Origin: Bdellovibrionales bacterium
Lineage (GTDB): Bacteria; Bdellovibrionota; Bdellovibrionia; Bdellovibrionales; UBA1609
Assembly: GCA_027317865.1 (NCBI GenBank)
Contig: DAHVQG010000012.1
Location: forward strand, 1-64,000
Direction: 5' to 3'
Length of the DNA: 64,000 bases
Position numbers and translations under genes: made by a program. Shown here piece after piece: positions 8,179 through 19,012 of this stretch; the stretch's first letter is position 1, and every line of letters starts with the position of its first letter. Below the pieces are notes generated by a model that saw only the letters and a program-made list of their open reading frames with translations, had not been told where the DNA came from and ran no database searches.

Positions 8179-9465
8179 ATGGACTGTATTATTGGGACGA
8201 AATGTAAACGCCGGGTCGCCGCGCTAATTGTTGCGTTACAATTAGTAGCGCTCACAACTCAAGCTTCAACGTCAATACGCTTGCCAATGCTACCCGCTCC
8301 CGCTTCGCCCGTTCCGCTTTCGGAGCAGCACCAAGCCATCAATGAAAAAATTGTGCCGCTTCGGCTAACCTCGATAGCGGGGGTCGTCCTGCCCGCTGAA
8401 CAATACTCGGCGGTTTATTACTACCCCGGCGCCGGCGATATCACCTATAGCCGAATCGATGTGCTCACCCAATCTTCGAGCCAAGTCAAAGCCGTTATGA
8501 AATTTGCCGATCAACTCAGCCATTCGTCAGATCACACGGAGGTTTTGGATTTCGTTGCAAGCAATGAAGACGGCAAAAAAGAGCACAAAAAATTTATTTC
8601 ACTTTTGCCAGTCGACCTTCGCGCAGATGTTCGCAATGTACCTATGCCGCCGCCGCTCATCGATCGAGTCAGACAAATTGCGTACCACGACTTTGACTCG
8701 GCCCGAGAGCAGTATCTAACCAACAATTATTCACATTTTGTGCAAATGGGCAAGACGGGCGAATACAAAAAATGGTTCTCGATCTGGCGTTTCAGCGGAA
8801 ATGCCATCGGCTCGTTTCTATCGGTTGTGAGTGGCGGAGCGCCAATGATCGGAAAAATTGGCTTTGGCGTCGCGACTGGCGCCATGTCTGCTGCGCTCAT
8901 GTACTACAACAATCTCTATATGAATTGGCTGACCACTCAGCGGCTTGCCGATTGGTTACAGTACAAAACACAAGGATTTTGGAGTTGGCTGGGAATCTCG
9001 CCTCACACAGTGCTTAAAGTCGGCGATGAAACAAGCTCCGTTATAAAATGGAATATTATCGAAGTGGGCTTCATGGGCGTACAGGCCTTGCTTCTCAAAC
9101 TTATGGGAACTCCGATGGCGGTCACTCCGCAAGAATATTTACTAAAAGGCGGTACGGCCATGGGTCTCGGGTTTTTGGCTCAATATTCTTGGGATGAAGG
9201 GAATTCCGAATTGTGGGCGAAGTACAACCGTTATGTTACAAACAAAAGCGATCGCGCGTTTTACGAAACTTATTCAGCGCTAAAAATGGTGCTCGTGTCG
9301 TGGGGGCAGACGACTGCGGTGTCGATCGCGCTGGTTTATCCGCGAGTCGGATACCCACTACTCGGTATCATGGCGATTATGGGTTTTGCGTTTCGGCGTG
9401 TCGCCAACCACACTTCTCCAAGTGAGTTGATTTCGAACTTTACCCGACCCGCATTTCAGTATTAA
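8179..9465 (+). CDS. Hypothetical exported multi-pass membrane protein (paralog 2)
   Basis: Signal peptide (TQA). The C-half has hydrophobic segments colinear with those of the upstream gene. Confidence 0.8.
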   Translation: MDCIIGTKCKRRVAALIVALQLVALTTQASTSIRLPMLPAPASPVPLSEQHQAINEKIVPLRLTSIAGVVLPAEQYSAVYYYPGAGDITYSRIDVLTQSSSQVKAVMKFADQLSHSSDHTEVLDFVASNEDGKKEHKKFISLLPVDLRADVRNVPMPPPLIDRVRQIAYHDFDSAREQYLTNNYSHFVQMGKTGEYKKWFSIWRFSGNAIGSFLSVVSGGAPMIGKIGFGVATGAMSAALMYYNNLYMNWLTTQRLADWLQYKTQGFWSWLGISPHTVLKVGDETSSVIKWNIIEVGFMGVQALLLKLMGTPMAVTPQEYLLKGGTAMGLGFLAQYSWDEGNSELWAKYNRYVTNKSDRAFYETYSALKMVLVSWGQTTAVSIALVYPRVGYPLLGIMAIMGFAFRRVANHTSPSELISNFTRPAFQY

Positions 9466-9475
9466 GCTCAACTCT

Positions 9476-10018
9476 ATGTTTAAACTTTTTTGGCTCGACA
9501 TGGAGATGACGGGACTTGATGTCGATAAAGAAGTGATTATTGAAGCCGCCGCAATTGTGACTGGGGCCACCACGAAAGATCATTTTTTAGAGCCACTCGA
9601 TCAATATCACGCCGTCGTGAAACAACCGTCACGTTACCTTGACGCGATGGATGATTGGAATAAGAAACACCATAAAGAATCCGGGCTTGTAGATCTCATC
9701 CCAACCGGAAAGGACCCTTCCGTTGTTGAACAGGAACTGATTGCGCTTGTCGACAAGCACTTTTCGCCAAAAGAGCGGGTCATTTTGGCCGGCAACTCAA
9801 TTGGACAAGACCGGCAATTCATCAATAAATATTTTAAACAATTGGCCCAACGACTGCATTATCGCATGCTCGATGTTTCGTCGCTCAAGATTCTATTCAA
9901 CAATTTTTACCAAATTAGCTACACCAAGAAGGAATCGCGCCATCGGGCTCTTGGCGATATTCAGGAATCCATTAACGAGCTTAAAAAATATCTAAGTTTT
10001 ATTCAGGTCCCCGAATAA
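9476..10018 (+). CDS. orn: Oligoribonuclease
   Basis: WLDMEMTGLD, LAGNSIGQDRQF, HYRMLDVSS, HRALGDIQESINEL (DEDDh). Confidence 0.96.
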   Translation: MFKLFWLDMEMTGLDVDKEVIIEAAAIVTGATTKDHFLEPLDQYHAVVKQPSRYLDAMDDWNKKHHKESGLVDLIPTGKDPSVVEQELIALVDKHFSPKERVILAGNSIGQDRQFINKYFKQLAQRLHYRMLDVSSLKILFNNFYQISYTKKESRHRALGDIQESINELKKYLSFIQVPE

Positions 10019-10090
10019 GCGGCATGACCTTTCTATGCATCCCTAAAAGAATCTTCACACCCGTTCCCTCAGTGGGCGAGAGCGAATATC

Positions 10091-11128
10091 TTGGCAAATA
10101 TGAAATTGCTGCCAGTGCGTGCGCCAACTTCTTTAGTCGTCCTGTTTGTATCATTGGCACTATTACCGGCAATTGAAGGTCTAGCCGCTACTGACATTTC
10201 GCCGCAATATTGGCGGCACTATCGCGGTCTCAGCTACCCATGTGCCGCAGCAAAAAAGCCGCTCGTAGAATGCGAAATCGAATTGACCGCAAATGCTCAC
10301 GGCCTTGTTTTGGGTGAGCGAATCGGCAATCTTTATTTTAGAGTGCATTACGACCGAGACTGGATCCTACCGCCGGAGGTGGCCGCGCAACATAACGTCG
10401 GACCGTACGCAAACACCATTGTCTACGGCTTGCGCGAATCAATATTTACGAACCAGGCAACAAAATGGCTATTGTTTCTTCAGAACGACCCCGTCAACCT
10501 TCGCGTCGCGAGCATTCAGGCCTCTACAATTTTACCCCTCGCAATTTACTATCAAGACAACTCCTCAGCGCGAAATTTGGTAAGCGAACAGTATCAAAAA
10601 GTCGAGGCAATCGTTTCAGATTCGCATCTACAACCTAAGCCAACTGGTTTGCGAAAAAAAAACGAATCGACTTCAGAAAGTAATAAAGACGCCCTGAACT
10701 CGGCCATATCAACAATTCAAAATGGAGCATCGACAGCCGCAAAAGTTCCGCGCCGCGCGCTCACTGCAGCTGTCGAGACGACAATCTCGCTACTCGGCGA
10801 TGCCGATCAAGATTTAAGTGACGCGACAAAGCTTCTGCAACAATTCGGTACGACCGACTTGGTGCGAATTCACACCCTGACTGAAGGCAACATATATGCC
10901 AATCAACTTCGCTTGCTCGAAACTGCCGAAGATTTACGAACAAATAAAAAAAGTTGGACGGCTGATCACATTGCCGTCATGCTTCGAACTCTCGATTTAG
11001 TCGCTCAGTCGCCAGGGTTCTTCGGTGAACGTGAATCTTATCGAGCTGCGGCGGCGCTAAAGATCTATTCTAATCCCTTCGGTGATTGTGCCAATATATT
11101 AGAAGATGGAAAAATCATCGCGCATTAG
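10091..11128 (+). CDS. Hypothetical secreted protein
   Basis: 345-aa ORF with a signal peptide; start may be ATG 10100. C-terminal DCANIL. Confidence 0.7.
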   Translation: MANMKLLPVRAPTSLVVLFVSLALLPAIEGLAATDISPQYWRHYRGLSYPCAAAKKPLVECEIELTANAHGLVLGERIGNLYFRVHYDRDWILPPEVAAQHNVGPYANTIVYGLRESIFTNQATKWLLFLQNDPVNLRVASIQASTILPLAIYYQDNSSARNLVSEQYQKVEAIVSDSHLQPKPTGLRKKNESTSESNKDALNSAISTIQNGASTAAKVPRRALTAAVETTISLLGDADQDLSDATKLLQQFGTTDLVRIHTLTEGNIYANQLRLLETAEDLRTNKKSWTADHIAVMLRTLDLVAQSPGFFGERESYRAAAALKIYSNPFGDCANILEDGKIIAH

Positions 11129-11187
11129 GGTCGCAATGGCCACCTGGCGATATTGGTTCTACCGTGAAGCTATGCGACCCGAATATA

Positions 11188-12624
<1,437 letters not shown>

Positions 12625-12659
12625 TTATTGCGATTGCCATCGATACGGCATTATTCCTC

Positions 12660-13289
12660 TTATGGGCAGATCCCTTGAATTGTTGTTATACCCATCATCC
12701 ACGTTTTTATCCGCAACTGAGTGACCATTTTGTTGTTATACACATTCAAAAGATGCCACTGACCGTGTGAATCTCGCACCACTGCCGCTCGGCAACTCTT
12801 GTAGCTGCCAAATAGGCCGTTTGACAAATAATCAATGACCCAATTGATGCGGCCAGGCTGCCCCGCCAATTCCGAATGTAACATAATGGGTTTATGAGAA
12901 TTCTCTTCGATATTTGCACCTTCGGCTGAACTCATTTCCGCGTCCGTAAAGTCGGCGGGAATATTCGAGCCGCCGGGCAGAAAACGGACTCCGTCGACTG
13001 CCCCTTGCGCATTAACCGCCACGTATAATCTATCGACACTGGCATTGCGATCGTTTGTCACCGCTGCCAACTGTTGAAACTCATCACCTGAAAAGACAAC
13101 GTTCAAAACATATACGTTTCGAATGTAGAAAGACGCCTCTGCCGAAAAAAGTTGATTAGGTGCAAACCAGCTCCCAACGTTTAATGCTTTAAATTCGAGC
13201 GATTTCGCCTCGGACTGCCGACCGAAAAATGCAACACTTAGTGCGACAACCAAACCTAAACTTAATGACCGTATTATTGATATCCGCAT
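12660..13289 (-). CDS. Hypothetical secreted protein
   Basis: MRISIIRSLSLGLVVALSVAFFGRQSEA signal peptide after a G-rich RBS; lies between map and ahcY. Confidence 0.75.
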   Translation of the reverse strand: MRISIIRSLSLGLVVALSVAFFGRQSEAKSLEFKALNVGSWFAPNQLFSAEASFYIRNVYVLNVVFSGDEFQQLAAVTNDRNASVDRLYVAVNAQGAVDGVRFLPGGSNIPADFTDAEMSSAEGANIEENSHKPIMLHSELAGQPGRINWVIDYLSNGLFGSYKSCRAAVVRDSHGQWHLLNVYNNKMVTQLRIKTWMMGITTIQGICP

Positions 13290-13326
13290 ATCCCCCCCAT
13301 CCATTAATAGCAACCGCGTTACCGTA

Positions 13327-14085
13327 TCACTCAACCAGGGTCAATACTTGATGGCCGGAATCTGTAATAAGAACAGTGTGCTCGTATTGCGCTGAGAGCG
13401 TTTTATCGCCCGTCTCGTAAAATTTTATCGACGAATCTGAAATAGAAATTTCGCGTATAGGGGCGCCCGTTTCGTTCACCATTGGTTCAATAGTGATACA
13501 GGTCCACGGTCGAAGTGTTTCACCTTTGCCTTTTTTTCCGTACGAAGGGATCCACGGTTCGTCGTGAAAAACCTTGCCCACGCCGTGCCCGCCGATTTCT
13601 TTAACCACCCAGTATCCGCGTTTCGTGACGTATTTATTGATTGCAAAACCAATGTCACCGGTTGTAGCACCGGGGCCCACTTCTTCAATCCCGCGAAGCA
13701 TGGCATTGTACGCGACATCGCAAATTTCTTTGGCCGCTTCACTGACTTTGCCCACAAAAAACATGGCGCTCGTATCGCCATGGTAGCCGTCTTTAATCGG
13801 GGTCACGTCGATGTTTACAATGTCGCCCTCACGCAACACCGTCGAATCAGGAACTCCATGACAGATGCACGCATTCACCGACGTACAAATCGACTTCGGA
13901 AAGCCATGATACCCGAGCGGGGCCGACTTTGCGCCATGCGAGAGCGTAAAATCTTCGGCAATACGATCCAGCTCGTCGGTCGTCACGCCTGGGCGCACGT
14001 ATCCGCCGACGTGCTTTAGAAGCCGCCCGGCGAATTGACAGGCCCCCTCCATCAATCGAATTTCTTGAGCTGCAATTGGCGTCAC
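13327..14085 (-). CDS. map: Methionine aminopeptidase type I
   Basis: GFPKSICTSVN..ICHGVP, GDIVNIDVT, GYHGDTS, GHGVG..FH, TIEPM, SAQYEHT. Confidence 0.97.
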   Translation of the reverse strand: MTPIAAQEIRLMEGACQFAGRLLKHVGGYVRPGVTTDELDRIAEDFTLSHGAKSAPLGYHGFPKSICTSVNACICHGVPDSTVLREGDIVNIDVTPIKDGYHGDTSAMFFVGKVSEAAKEICDVAYNAMLRGIEEVGPGATTGDIGFAINKYVTKRGYWVVKEIGGHGVGKVFHDEPWIPSYGKKGKGETLRPWTCITIEPMVNETGAPIREISISDSSIKFYETGDKTLSAQYEHTVLITDSGHQVLTLVE

Positions 14086-14114
14086 GCGCTTAGGCCTCCA
14101 TATGTGCGAAGATT

Positions 14115-14149
14115 AAAAAAAAAGCCCACTTTTCGCAAGTGGGCTTTTT
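14115..14149. terminator. Intrinsic terminator downstream of the SWIB gene
   Basis: AAAAAGCCCACTT-TTCGC-AAGTGGGCTTTTT with an A9 tract on the left (U-tract on the minus strand). Confidence 0.85.
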
Positions 14150-14171
14150 ACAATCACGTGTGAGCTTCTTA

Positions 14172-14498
14172 TTAGCTCAGGTGTTTGCTTACAAGTTTGG
14201 TCATTTCAAACATCGAAACTGTGCCTTTGCCAAAAATCGGGCGAAGTTTGGAATCGGCATTGATGTTACGACGGTTATTAGAATCTTGTAGTTTGTGCGT
14301 GCGAATGTATTGCCACAGTTTTTTTACAACTTGTGTCCGCGGCAATGCTTTCGCGCCAACTACAGCAGCCAAAGCTGGACTTGGAGTCAAAGGTTTCATG
14401 AAAGCTGCATTCGGCTTTCTTTTTGATTTTTTGGCTGTCGCTTTTTTAGTCGCGTGTTTTTTTGCCGTCGTTTTTTTGGTCGTTTTTTTCTTTGCCAT
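14172..14498 (-). CDS. Stand-alone SWIB/MDM2 domain protein with Lys-rich histone-like N-terminus
   Basis: AAFMKPLTPSPALAAVVG..LPRTQVVKKLWQYIRTHKLQD..NRRNINAD..VSMFEMTKLVSKHL. GGAGG RBS. Confidence 0.93.
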   Translation of the reverse strand: MAKKKTTKKTTAKKHATKKATAKKSKRKPNAAFMKPLTPSPALAAVVGAKALPRTQVVKKLWQYIRTHKLQDSNNRRNINADSKLRPIFGKGTVSMFEMTKLVSKHLS

Positions 14499-14746
14499 CA
14501 TTTCCTCCAATGATTGTGATGGTTAATGGTTGAATATTGCAACCGTGCACTCACAATCATCGCCACGTTTTATAGGCGATTGCAATAGAAAAATTCACTG
14601 TAACCACAATTCTTCGAGGGGAATTTATGATTTCAGGTGCCCGTTTAGGTCATTTTCTCTCGAAAAGATGCGATTTTCCCTCGAAGAAAGGCCGTTTTCA
14701 GAGGGAAACCCGAGGTTTTCACGACCTTATCGCGACCTAAATGCCG

Positions 14747-14774
14747 TGAAATCCCCTCTGAAATCCGCCGATTG
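14747..14774 (+). promoter_or_regulatory. Putative sigma28 (FliA)-type promoter
   Basis: TGAAA-N15-GCCGATTG, 6 nt before ATG 14781. Confidence 0.5.
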
Positions 14775-14780
14775 GCAAGT

Positions 14781-15344
14781 ATGCTGGGTCCCTCCTTTCA
14801 AGAAATTCTCGAAGAAAAGCTCCACCCGAAGACGTCAGTCGTGAGGGAGCCGAAGACGTCAGTCGTGAGGCAACCGAAGACGCAAGAGGTAAACGAAACC
14901 CGCGAGGGCCCTTACGCTGTACGCGCCTCCGTCATTGACACATTCTTTGATCCTAATTTCTCACCGGCTAATGCTTGCCGAGCGGACGGTAAAGGTATTC
15001 TCCGGCGAGTTTACCCTCAGCGCCCTCGCACACCGCGAGTTAAAAGTCCGGCTGCTACGATTGCTGTTCAACAATTATCTGAAAATGGACGCGAGGCGCT
15101 TAAGGTGCTTGGCATTCATGCGTCGAGTATAAGTCAGACTGAGGTACGCCGGGCCTTTGTTCGACTGGCGAGACAATTTCACCCCGACGCAGCCGACGAT
15201 AAGATTTGGCAGGTTCAAAAAGAAACATACCTAAGAGCGCAAGAGGCTTATGATGTCGTCATGCGCGAAGTAACGAAGCTCGTACAAGACGTGAGGCGCG
15301 CCCAAAGCAAACCCTCTAGCCGTGACCCAGCCGCCGGTATTTAA
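14781..15344 (+). CDS. J-domain (DnaJ-like) protein, C-terminal J domain
   Basis: ALKVLGI...EVRRAFVRLARQFHPD...AQEAYDVV. Confidence 0.8.
   Translation: MLGPSFQEILEEKLHPKTSVVREPKTSVVRQPKTQEVNETREGPYAVRASVIDTFFDPNFSPANACRADGKGILRRVYPQRPRTPRVKSPAATIAVQQLSENGREALKVLGIHASSISQTEVRRAFVRLARQFHPDAADDKIWQVQKETYLRAQEAYDVVMREVTKLVQDVRRAQSKPSSRDPAAGI
14826..14882 (+). repeat. 24-bp in-frame tandem repeat (about 2.4 copies)
   Basis: CCGAAGACGTCAGTCGTGAGG at 14826 and 14850, partial CCGAAGACG at 14874; encodes PKTSVVR(E/Q). Confidence 0.9.
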
Positions 15345-16998
15345 TTCGTTTGGGAATTAAAGTCTCAACGCCCAGGCGTTTTTTCAGATCCGTCTCGTAA
15401 TCCGTATAATTCCCGTAATAAAATTCAACCTTAGAATCGCCTTCAAAGGCTAAAATATGGGTACAAACACGATCGAGAAACCAACGGTCGTGGCTTATGA
15501 CGACCGCGCTACCTCCAAACTCGAGGAGTGCATCCTCAAGAGCGCGAAGCGTATTCACATCAAGGTCGTTCGAAGGTTCGTCAAGAAGAAGCAAATTCGC
15601 TTCTTTAAGCAACATCTTTGCCATATAGAGTCGGTTACGTTCACCCCCGGAGAGATCTTTAACCTTCTTTTGTTGATCCGCACCTTGAAAGTTGAACTTT
15701 GAAATATAAGCTCGCGAATTAATTTCTCGACGGCCTACAGTCAAAACTTCGTTGCCACCTGAAACCTCTTGCCAAACCGAATTGTTTAAATTCAAACCTT
15801 CACGCTTTTGGTCGACGTAGGCCATGCGTACAGTTTCGCCAATTTTAAATGTGCCGGCATCTGGCTTTTCTTGCCCCGTGATCAGCCGAAATAACGTGGT
15901 CTTGCCGGCGCCATTAGGTCCCACAACACCGACAATCGCACCTTTCGGAACCGTAAAAGTCAAATTTTCGAAAAGCAGATTGTCGCCAAAGCCTTTGCTC
16001 ACACCATTAGCTTCAATCACGACGTCGCCTAAGCGCGGTCCCGGTGGGATATAAATTGATAAATCCTTGAGCTGCTCTTGCGTCGGCTCTTTCAAAAGAT
16101 TTTCGTAATTCGACAAACGCGCTTTTGATTTGGCTTGTCGCGCCCGCGGGGCCATTCGTACCCACTCCAACTCACGTGCCAGCGTCTTGTTGCGGCGATC
16201 TTGATCTTTTTGTTCCTGCTGCAGACGCCGTTCCTTTTGTTCAAGCCACGACGAATAGTTGCCTTTAAACGGAAACCCTTCGCCGCGATCAAGTTCCAAA
16301 ATCCAGCCGGCAACATTATCGAGAAAATAGCGGTCGTGGGTGACGGCGATAACCGTACCCGAAAAGTCATGCAGGTAATGTTCAAGCCAAGCCACCGATT
16401 CTGCATCTAAATGGTTCGTCGGTTCATCGAGGAGCAATATATCGGGATTCGACAACAGTAACCGGCAAAGGGCAACCCGGCGAATTTCTCCGCCCGAAAG
16501 ACGGTCGATTTTATAATCGCCCGGCGGGCACCGAAGAGCGTCCATTGCCTGTTCAATTTTCTGATCGACTTCCCACCCACCAAGCGCCTCGACTTTTTCT
16601 TGCGCTGCCGCTTGCCGCTCGATGAGTTTTTCCATTTCGTCCGGGTCAAGTTCGGGATTCTGCAACTTTTCGTTGATTTGGTTGAATTCGTTTAAAAACC
16701 TCGCAATGTCGCCCAAGCCTTCCATGATATTTTCGCGAACTGTTTTTTCTGGATCCAATTTCGGGTCTTGCGGCAGGTAACCCATTTTGAAATCGCGTGC
16801 CGGGAATGCCTCGCCGAGAAAGTCTTGATCCGCACCGGCCATAATTCGAATCAGCGTCGATTTACCCGCTCCGTTTAAACCTAAAACGCCGATTTTGGCG
16901 CCGTAAAAATACGAAAGGTAGATGTCCTTTAAAACATATTTGTTGGGCGGATAAACTTTCGATACACCTTTCATGGTGTAAATGATTTCTTCTGCCAT
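15316..16998 (-). CDS. ettA: Energy-dependent translational throttle ABC-F protein
   Basis: IYTMKGVSK..LKDIYLSYFYGAKIGVLGLNGAGKS, two ABC domains, ELEWVRMAPRARQAKSKARL linker. Confidence 0.96.
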   Translation of the reverse strand: MAEEIIYTMKGVSKVYPPNKYVLKDIYLSYFYGAKIGVLGLNGAGKSTLIRIMAGADQDFLGEAFPARDFKMGYLPQDPKLDPEKTVRENIMEGLGDIARFLNEFNQINEKLQNPELDPDEMEKLIERQAAAQEKVEALGGWEVDQKIEQAMDALRCPPGDYKIDRLSGGEIRRVALCRLLLSNPDILLLDEPTNHLDAESVAWLEHYLHDFSGTVIAVTHDRYFLDNVAGWILELDRGEGFPFKGNYSSWLEQKERRLQQEQKDQDRRNKTLARELEWVRMAPRARQAKSKARLSNYENLLKEPTQEQLKDLSIYIPPGPRLGDVVIEANGVSKGFGDNLLFENLTFTVPKGAIVGVVGPNGAGKTTLFRLITGQEKPDAGTFKIGETVRMAYVDQKREGLNLNNSVWQEVSGGNEVLTVGRREINSRAYISKFNFQGADQQKKVKDLSGGERNRLYMAKMLLKEANLLLLDEPSNDLDVNTLRALEDALLEFGGSAVVISHDRWFLDRVCTHILAFEGDSKVEFYYGNYTDYETDLKKRLGVETLIPKRIKYRRLGHG

Positions 16999-17014
16999 GC
17001 GCTTCTCCCGAGAG

Positions 17015-17041
17015 TAAGGGACCTAATTTTTACTCCGACTT
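17015..17041 (+). promoter_or_regulatory. Putative sigma28-type promoter
   Basis: TAAG-N15-TCCGACTT, 8 nt before ATG 17050. Confidence 0.4.
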
Positions 17042-17049
17042 TTACACGA

Positions 17050-17376
17050 ATGTCAAAGTGGCTAACCACGACTCAGGCGCGGCACTACTATGAAAGCAGT
17101 TGCGAATCGAGCCGCTTACGCTTACGATTTCGGGCAATGTCGCACGATTCATCATCACACCATGGGCAAACGAGCCGCATCCGAGCGGCTTGCCGCGAAC
17201 TTGAACTCGCTCTTGAAAATTTTGATCAAACCGACAATGCGCATGCGAATCAATCGGATGCCAACGCAAAAGCAATTCGATCAACACCCGAAATTAACGA
17301 AAGAACCGCCGCCCATCTTAAGCGAATTCACGATCAACTTTTAGATATTCGCCGCCAGCTTGATGAATTATCTTGA
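17050..17376 (+). CDS. Small hypothetical coiled-coil protein
   Basis: Fills the gap between ettA and bolA. Heptad-like C-terminus (LKRIHDQLLDIRRQLDELS). Start uncertain (17050 or 17137). Confidence 0.55.
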   Translation: MSKWLTTTQARHYYESSCESSRLRLRFRAMSHDSSSHHGQTSRIRAACRELELALENFDQTDNAHANQSDANAKAIRSTPEINERTAAHLKRIHDQLLDIRRQLDELS

Positions 17377-17724
17377 ACTACGCGAAGTGCCCGCACTGGC
17401 GCTCGACGATCCGGCACATACCGGCGACTTTATGGACCTTGCCCCCAAATTCCACTCGTCAGGAGTGAGTGTGGTCAGCGACAAAGCGTGAAGACCCTCG
17501 TCAAAAAGCGTTCTTAGAATTTTATAAACGAGCTGTTGGCGTTTTACGCGCGTCAAACCAACAAATTTTGATGATACAATCACGGCCTTCATGTGCGTTT
17601 CGTCACTATTTAAATGTTTGTGGTGATGCGCGTGGTCTGCGCTTTCGTTTATAACTTCTAAATGTGCCGGCGAAAGCTCAGTTTGCAACAATGATTCAAT
17701 TCTCTCAAGCCGTGAAGGTGACAT
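17368..17724 (-). CDS. bolA: BolA family protein
   Basis: HLEVINESADH, THMKAVIVSSKFVGLTRVKRQQLVY, GLHALSL..TPDEW. Confidence 0.93.
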   Translation of the reverse strand: MSPSRLERIESLLQTELSPAHLEVINESADHAHHHKHLNSDETHMKAVIVSSKFVGLTRVKRQQLVYKILRTLFDEGLHALSLTTLTPDEWNLGARSIKSPVCAGSSSASAGTSRSSR

Positions 17725-17731
17725 AAGGCGA

Positions 17732-18082
17732 CTATTTGCGCCCTTGTACAAGTTGGCGGCTCACGTCTTCGAAAACCACCTCTATTTTATCTGGCAAACT
17801 GTTCACAACAAACCCTACGCCGAATTTCGGGTGTTCAATTTTTGTTTCGACCGGGTAGACATTAGCCATCCGGTAGGGCTGAACTTTGACACTTTCGAAT
17901 TTTTCAGACAGTTCGATGAACCGGGCATTCGAGCTTGCACTTGAACTCTGCTTTGCCCCTCGCCCCTCGCGTTTGGCCGCCCGTTTCTCTGCAGTAGCCC
18001 CAGAAGGACTGTCACCGTCTTTGAGTTTAATATTTTTCGTTTTTTGAGTTGCTTCTTTTTGATTTGCTGCTTTTTTTGCCAC
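17732..18082 (-). CDS. Hypothetical protein with C-terminal HPKFG tudor/SH3-like domain (DUF3553-like)
   Basis: IEHPKFGVGFV....DKIEVVFED. GTG start chosen from the AAGGGAG RBS. Confidence 0.7.
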   Translation of the reverse strand: MAKKAANQKEATQKTKNIKLKDGDSPSGATAEKRAAKREGRGAKQSSSASSNARFIELSEKFESVKVQPYRMANVYPVETKIEHPKFGVGFVVNSLPDKIEVVFEDVSRQLVQGRK

Positions 18083-18154
18083 TTTCACTCCCTTGTTGGA
18101 GTTTATGGCAATAAGACTCAATTTACAAGTTCACATTGGCAAATGCGCCGCGCT

Positions 18155-19012
18155 TCACTGTGTGCCGGTTAAACGGTAAATTCTCAGTGGAGCATCCAGG
18201 GGCTGCGTGCGAATTTCGTGCGGATTGAGAAAAAACGGCCCTTCATCGCCTTCAAGCCGTTTTTGAAATCCAATCAAACTGTCATCATTTTTCGGATCAA
18301 TCACAAAGTTGGTTGCTTCATAACGCGAATTGAGCCCATCGCCATCCTTTGTAAAAAACGTGGGCCAGTATTCACCGTTTACTATCGTTCGATAACTCAA
18401 AGTCCGAGCGTGACTATGAATGGGCGTATAAGCCGTCAAAATTTCGAAGGAGCCATAATGGGAATGCAGTCGAATCGAGGGGCTTTGCCACTGCGCAAAT
18501 CCGCAAAGTATTTCGACATTGGCGTACCACAGACCGAATGCTTTGGTGTAAAACCCCAGAGCGTAAAGTCGATCCTGCTCCGTCATTATGGCATTGGCCG
18601 TACAAAGGTTGTGCGCAACCCACTCCCCGCGTCGTATTGTTGGAATGATAATAAATAGCGACAAAGGGGTCCATTCGAGATTGTGATCGACGCCGACGCC
18701 CTCGCAATACGATTGCGGCAATGATTTCGTTCGTTGTGCAAATCCACAAACAAATCCGGGCATTATGGCGCAGTCGTAAAAAACCCAACGGGGCATTTGT
18801 AACCCCGCCTTGCCGAACGCCTTGAATTCGAGATTGAGAATTTGATCTCCGAATGCCGATTGATCCATGTGGAGAGGATTGAGATAAATCGGCGGTTTTT
18901 TAAACCAGTCGCACTTGGTATAAGAACCCGGATGCGCAAATAAATTTTCTTTGCGCATGAAAATGTACGGACGGATGTCGTCACTCTGAAGCCATTCCTT
19001 ATGCATTTTCAA
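18155..19012 (-). CDS. Hypothetical cytoplasmic protein
   Basis: 285-aa ORF whose TTG start overlaps the fumC stop; globular composition. Confidence 0.75.
   Translation of the reverse strand: MKMHKEWLQSDDIRPYIFMRKENLFAHPGSYTKCDWFKKPPIYLNPLHMDQSAFGDQILNLEFKAFGKAGLQMPRWVFYDCAIMPGFVCGFAQRTKSLPQSYCEGVGVDHNLEWTPLSLFIIIPTIRRGEWVAHNLCTANAIMTEQDRLYALGFYTKAFGLWYANVEILCGFAQWQSPSIRLHSHYGSFEILTAYTPIHSHARTLSYRTIVNGEYWPTFFTKDGDGLNSRYEATNFVIDPKNDDSLIGFQKRLEGDEGPFFLNPHEIRTQPLDAPLRIYRLTGTQ

Noticed and set aside
11128-11180. GGGTCGCA/TGCGACCC inverted repeat between convergent genes
   Set aside because: An 8-bp stem with a long loop and no U-tract is too weak to call a terminator or an RNA.
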